64,000 nt of DNA, from positions 256,001-320,000 of the forward strand of contig CAWDXE010000003.1 in the NCBI GenBank assembly GCA_963806185.1, given 5' to 3'. This DNA comes from an uncultured candidate division Zixibacteria bacterium. Its GTDB lineage: Bacteria; Zixibacteria; MSB-5A5; GN15; FEB-12. The notes beneath the pieces were generated by a model. That model saw nothing but the letters and a program-made list of their open reading frames with translations, made no database searches and was not told the origin of the DNA. Of this stretch, positions 59,274 through 64,000 are shown piece by piece (the first letter of the stretch is position 1; each line of letters opens with the position of its first letter). The translations under genes were made by a program, and so were the position numbers.

Positions 59274-60826
59274 AGTATGAAAAGTATACCCATTATCAAC
59301 GCACTTATCAATAACGAGACTTTACCGACCAGATCCCCGATCCGGGTGAATACCGAAAATCCGTCGATCGGGTCAACCTTACCTGTGAGTACAGCCGCCG
59401 TAGACATCGGCAGCTCTTCGCGAATCCGACCGTAGGGGTCAACTATATAGGTTATCCCGGAATTGGCGGCTCGGGCCATCCAGCAGCGGTTTTCGACTGC
59501 TCTGGTCAGGAAAATCCGGGAGTGCATATGCGTGCCAACCGATGTACCAAACCAGGTATCGTTGGTTATACCGACCAGGAAGTCCGCCCCCTTCAGGATC
59601 ATTTCACGCGAGAAGTCCGGAAAGGCCGATTCAAAACAGATGAGTACGCCGAAGTTGTGTTCTTTGAGCCGAAAGACAGCCGATGAATCACCCGGATAGA
59701 AATTGGACCACCAGTTAACATTAAGGGTGCGGATGAAGGTCAGGTATTTCTGAATGACATCACCGCGCAAAAACGGCAGATAATCCTGATAAGGAGATTG
59801 TTCCGTAAACGGCACCAGCTTCACCTTGTCGTATCGCTCGCCGAAAGATCCGGCCGGGGAAACCTGATAAGCTGAATTGAAGTAGCGCGTCTCGCCGCGC
59901 TTAAAACCGGCCCCCATACCGCCGACGAGATGGAAACAGTCGGAACGCCGCACGATGTCAGCCACTCGCTGGCGGGCCTCAGCATTGTGCGAGAGGTACG
60001 CGGGAGCCGCCGTCTCCGGCCACACAAACAGATCGATCGGCCGGTCGGTCACTGCTTGCGTCAGAGAGTCGTAGACCCGATAGCTGAAATCCTCGTTGTC
60101 GTCACCCCATTTGTCCTCCAGAGGAATATTCCCCTGAAGCAGGGCTACCGTAAGGTGTCCCTCCCGCGGGTACGGCGGCATTTCAATCCATCCGTAAGCG
60201 GTCAAGGCGACGACCATGGCCAGCGAAGCGAAGGCACAGGTCATGCGACGTTCCACGGAGAGCTCTTTTCGCAAAACCTGCCACAGCAGAATGTTGACCA
60301 CGACGATGCACAGCGAGAGACCGTGAACCGATATAAGCGAGACAATCTGTAGAATGTACAGATAATACGACTGGGTGTAGCCAAGATCCGACCAGGGAAA
60401 CGCAAATTCGGTTAGTGTGCGGGCGTACTCCATCCCCACCCACAGCAGCGGCAACGCGATCAGTCCGGCCCAATGTCGCCAATGATAAAGGAGGTGGAAG
60501 AAGTAGAGGACAAAGGCATAGTAAAACGCCACGACCAGGATGGCGGCGAGACATCCTGGTGGCGTCACCGGTGCAATCCAATAAAGGCTGAACGCGTTGA
60601 AGAAGAAGCCAAAGAAATAGGCGGAATTGAATGCGGCCCGGCGATCAAGCCGGGTCAGAATCATCAACGGTCGCACCAGTGCCAGCCAGGCAAGCCACCC
60701 GAACCAAACTGGATAGAAAGCGAGCGACAAGAGAAATGCCCAGACAATCAGTTCGAGCCGCCGTTGCCGAACAGCAATGTCCTCGGGAAGAATCGCACGA
60801 AAGATTCTGCGGAAGAATGAGCCCAG
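59237..60826 (-). CDS. lnt: Apolipoprotein N-acyltransferase
   Basis: FPWSDLGY, WPETA, YDKVKLVPFTE, LICFES, TNDTWFG and RAVEN. The frame extends upstream to a CTG at 60826. Confidence 0.93.
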   Translation of the reverse strand: MGSFFRRIFRAILPEDIAVRQRRLELIVWAFLLSLAFYPVWFGWLAWLALVRPLMILTRLDRRAAFNSAYFFGFFFNAFSLYWIAPVTPPGCLAAILVVAFYYAFVLYFFHLLYHWRHWAGLIALPLLWVGMEYARTLTEFAFPWSDLGYTQSYYLYILQIVSLISVHGLSLCIVVVNILLWQVLRKELSVERRMTCAFASLAMVVALTAYGWIEMPPYPREGHLTVALLQGNIPLEDKWGDDNEDFSYRVYDSLTQAVTDRPIDLFVWPETAAPAYLSHNAEARQRVADIVRRSDCFHLVGGMGAGFKRGETRYFNSAYQVSPAGSFGERYDKVKLVPFTEQSPYQDYLPFLRGDVIQKYLTFIRTLNVNWWSNFYPGDSSAVFRLKEHNFGVLICFESAFPDFSREMILKGADFLVGITNDTWFGTSVGTHMHSRIFLTRAVENRCWMARAANSGITYIVDPYGRIREELPMSTAAVLTGKVDPIDGFSVFTRIGDLVGKVSLLISALIMGILFILWLVRKFRTFAA

Positions 60827-60830
60827 TGCG

Positions 60831-62372
60831 TTACCCTCGAATCAGGAGTGACTTCCCGGTCATCTCCCTGGGAATTTCGATGCCCAGAATATCCAGAATA
60901 GTCGGGGCGACATCGGCCAGAATACCACCCTCGCGAAGAAAGAACTTTCCCTCATTGATCTGGTGAGCCGGATCGTAGAGCACAAACGGTACCAGATTGG
61001 TAGTATGCGCCGTCCAGGGGCCGCCGGTGTGGGGGTCAACCATCATTTCCGCGTTGCCATGATCGGCCGTCACCAAAGCGATACCGTTGACGCCCTTCAC
61101 CGCATCCAGCAACCTCCCCAGTCCCCTGTCGACAGCTTCCACGGCTCTTTTCGCTGCCTGGAAATTACCGGTATGGCCGACCATGTCGCAGTTGGCGTAG
61201 TTGATGAGAATGAAATCATATTTGCCTGAGTAAATTCCGGCCACGACGACGTCAGTCACCTCTACCGATGACATTTCGGGCTGCAGATCGTAGGTCGCCA
61301 CCTTGGGTGATGCGATCATGATCCGGGTTTCACCCTTAAACGGCTTCTCGATCCCGCCGTTAAAGAAGAAGGTGACGTGAGCATACTTCTCGGTTTCGGC
61401 GGTGCAAAGTTGAGTCTTTTCGTTTCGCGCGAGCACGTCACTGAGAATGTGCCTCAGCCTTCGCTGATGGAACGCGACTTTGGCCTCATAAAACTTCTGG
61501 TCGAAGTTGGTCATAGTGATGAGTTCGACCTGCGGCGCCTCCGGATGGGGGTAACCGGTGATTTCATGGCCGGCCAGCATATATGACAACTGTCGCGCGC
61601 GGTCGGAGCGGAAATTGAACATGATGCAGACGTCGCGATCACGTGGGCGGCCGACGGTGCGGGGTTCGATGACGGACGGCTTGATGAACTCATCCGTAAT
61701 GCCCTTGGCATATGAGGCCCGCACGGCGGAGACGGGATCGTCAAAGTACTCACACTTGCCGTACACGATCGCACGGTACGCTTTGTTGGTGCGTTCCCAG
61801 CGGCGATCACGATCCATACCGTAATAGCGTCCCATGACTGTGGCAATCTTGCCGAGACCGGCCTCGCCCATTTTGCGAACAACGCTCTCAATATACCCGA
61901 TTCCGGAAATCGGTGGCGTGTCCCGGCCGTCAGTGAACGCATGAAGGTACAGCTCTTCGACGCCCTTCGTCTTGGCCATATCGATGAGAGCAAAGAGGTG
62001 CCTCATTGAGGAGTGCACGCCGCCATCGGAAACCAGGCCAAAGAGGTGCACGGCTTTGCTTTCCTCGACCGCCCGCTCCATGGCGGTGCTGAAGACCTCG
62101 TTCTCAAAGAAGGTGCCGTCGTCAATGGCCGCATCGATTCGGGTAATATCCTGATAGACAATCCGACCGGCGCCCAGATTCAGGTGACCGACCTCGCTGT
62201 TCCCCATCTGACCGACAGGCAGTCCGACGGCCGGACCCGAACCGTCAATCTTAGTGGTCGGGTTCTCGGCCGTGATCCGGTCATAGTTGGGCTTGTATGC
62301 CGCCGCAACCGCATTATCCGGGGTCGCCTCACGCAAGCCGAATCCGTCCAAAACGCACAATACAACCGTCAT
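60831..62372 (-). CDS. gpmI: 2,3-bisphosphoglycerate-independent phosphoglycerate mutase
   Basis: LDGFG, GQMGNSEVGH, ETEKYAHVTFF, DMVGHTG and TADHGNAE. Confidence 0.97.
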   Translation of the reverse strand: MTVVLCVLDGFGLREATPDNAVAAAYKPNYDRITAENPTTKIDGSGPAVGLPVGQMGNSEVGHLNLGAGRIVYQDITRIDAAIDDGTFFENEVFSTAMERAVEESKAVHLFGLVSDGGVHSSMRHLFALIDMAKTKGVEELYLHAFTDGRDTPPISGIGYIESVVRKMGEAGLGKIATVMGRYYGMDRDRRWERTNKAYRAIVYGKCEYFDDPVSAVRASYAKGITDEFIKPSVIEPRTVGRPRDRDVCIMFNFRSDRARQLSYMLAGHEITGYPHPEAPQVELITMTNFDQKFYEAKVAFHQRRLRHILSDVLARNEKTQLCTAETEKYAHVTFFFNGGIEKPFKGETRIMIASPKVATYDLQPEMSSVEVTDVVVAGIYSGKYDFILINYANCDMVGHTGNFQAAKRAVEAVDRGLGRLLDAVKGVNGIALVTADHGNAEMMVDPHTGGPWTAHTTNLVPFVLYDPAHQINEGKFFLREGGILADVAPTILDILGIEIPREMTGKSLLIRG

Positions 62373-63421
62373 GCGATCAACCGTACCTTTGTTTGCCCCC
62401 GAGTGATCTTGCCCAGATGATATACCTTTTCGCCCTGCTTGGCCAAATTCGCCTCTAGTGAGGCCGCAGCCGATTCGGGCGCAACTACGATGTATCCGAT
62501 GCCCATATTAAACGCCGAGTAGATGTCGTCGGGATCGATATCCCCCGCCTTACGGAGGAAATCGAAAATCGGTAACACCGGCCAACTGCCGAGTTTGATA
62601 TCGGCTTGCAGACCATTGGGAATTATCCGCTTCAAATTGCCCGGTATGCCGCCACCGGTGATGTGCGCCATGCCATGAATCTCACATTGACCCAGCAGCG
62701 GCAATATGAGCGGCGCATAACAGCGATGAACTTTCAGCAAGGCGTCGGCGATTGTCATATTTAGCTCTGAGACAACTGAATCCGGTTTCAATCCGGCCAC
62801 TTCAAACGCCACCTTGCGGGCCAGCGTGTAGCCGTTCGTGTGCAGACCGTTGGAGGCCAGCCCCAGGCAAACATCGCCCTCACGAATCGTCGAGCCATTG
62901 ATGATCATGTCCTGATCAACGAGGCCCACAATGAACCCGGCCAGATCGTACTCGCCGGCCTGATAAAAATCAGGCATCTCAGCCGTCTCACCGCCCAAAA
63001 GAGCGACACCCGCATTCTGGCATCCGCGGCTCAACCCGGCCACAATGTCTGCTACCGTGTTGGTATTGAGCTTGCCGGTGGCGATATAATCCAGAAAAAA
63101 CAGCGCTCGGGCACCGTGAACCAGGATATCGTTAATACAGTGATTGACGAGATCTTCACCCACGGTATCGTGGCGACCGGTCATGAAAGCGAGCTTGAGC
63201 TTCGTACCGACGCCGTCAGCCGATGAAATGAGAACGGGATTGCGCATCCCGGTAGTATCCGGTTTGAAAAAGCCGCCGAAAGAACCGATTTCCGAGAGCA
63301 CACCCTTGGTGAACGTGCGGCGAGCCAAGGTCTTGATCTTCTCGACTGCCTCTTCCCCGGCGGCGACATCGACACCCGCCTGGGCGTAACTCAATTTTCC
63401 CTTGCTGCCGTCGGTGGACAT
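62369..63421 (-). CDS. purM: Phosphoribosylformylglycinamidine cyclo-ligase
   Basis: YAQAGVD, DGVGTK, GGETAEMP, HITGGG and FNMGIG. Confidence 0.97.
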   Translation of the reverse strand: MSTDGSKGKLSYAQAGVDVAAGEEAVEKIKTLARRTFTKGVLSEIGSFGGFFKPDTTGMRNPVLISSADGVGTKLKLAFMTGRHDTVGEDLVNHCINDILVHGARALFFLDYIATGKLNTNTVADIVAGLSRGCQNAGVALLGGETAEMPDFYQAGEYDLAGFIVGLVDQDMIINGSTIREGDVCLGLASNGLHTNGYTLARKVAFEVAGLKPDSVVSELNMTIADALLKVHRCYAPLILPLLGQCEIHGMAHITGGGIPGNLKRIIPNGLQADIKLGSWPVLPIFDFLRKAGDIDPDDIYSAFNMGIGYIVVAPESAAASLEANLAKQGEKVYHLGKITRGQTKVRLIA

Positions 63422-63502
63422 AGGCCCAAAGGTAGGGAACGGCCTTGGCCAAGTCAACAAAGGTTGAGAATGGACTTGCTTCCTTCACACCCGGAATGGG
63501 GC

Positions 63503-64000
63503 TCAGTGACCGCGCTGAATGAGTATGTCGAGGACGCTCCGGAAATCGCCCGGCGGCGGCACGGAGAAGGACATCGATTCGCCTGTCGCCGGATGCGAGA
63601 AGCGAATGGACTGCGAGTGGAGCGCCTGACGATGGAGAAGAGCCAGCAGTTGCTTGGCCAGAGGCCGTTCCGGAGCGAACAAGCCGCGAACCGACCTCTC
63701 CCGGCCGCCGTATTCGGAATCCCCAAAAACCGGATGACCGATATGAGCAAAATGCACGCGTATTTGGTGGGTGCGGCCGGTCTGAAGTTCAACATCCAGC
63801 AAATCGTACGATCGGAATCGGTCCTGCAATCGGAAGCGAGTCACCGCTTCGCGCCCGTCGGTGACAATTGCCATCTTCTTCCGGTCGTTGGGCGACCGTC
63901 CCATCGGTGCGTCAATCACTCCTTCGTCCTCCACTACGTGCCCCCAAATCAACGCCAGATAGGATCGGCGAACCTGTCTTGCCGCTATCGCCGCCTGTAA
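63503..64000 (-). CDS. rluD: RluA/RluD-family pseudouridine synthase, 3' part
   Basis: LQTGRTHQIRVH, GHPVFGD and RQALHS; the 5' part is outside the window. Confidence 0.88.
   Translation of the reverse strand, partial: LQAAIAARQVRRSYLALIWGHVVEDEGVIDAPMGRSPNDRKKMAIVTDGREAVTRFRLQDRFRSYDLLDVELQTGRTHQIRVHFAHIGHPVFGDSEYGGRERSVRGLFAPERPLAKQLLALLHRQALHSQSIRFSHPATGESMSFSVPPPGDFRSVLDILIQRGH

Overview
This is a GC-rich bacterial chromosome segment, with almost all genes on the minus strand. Gene content and order suggest a diderm of the FCB group, possibly candidate Zixibacteria (inference only). The core content is lepA, mreC/mreD/pbp2/rodA, accA/B/C, a surface-glycosylation cluster, a pyrR-pyrB-pyrC operon with a PyrR-binding attenuator, glycine cleavage genes, a PilT/PilU ATPase, an S46 peptidase, a dcw cluster (mraZ to ftsZ), lnt, gpmI, purM and rluD. 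Many single-base frameshifts between about 8 and 34 kb look like assembly indels. The most notable observations are: (1) a secreted thioredoxin-TPR protein with an in-frame TGA at the catalytic Cys (UxxC) and a bacterial SECIS-like hairpin, next to its CxxC paralog, both lying between gcvPA and gcvPB; (2) an AT-rich, opposite-strand 482-aa protein with two HEPN-type RxxxxH motifs, beside a REPIN-like element and a truncated hydrolase; (3) two candidate structured non-coding RNAs at 35.2-35.9 kb; (4) an orphan minimal flagellin with a sigma-54-type promoter.
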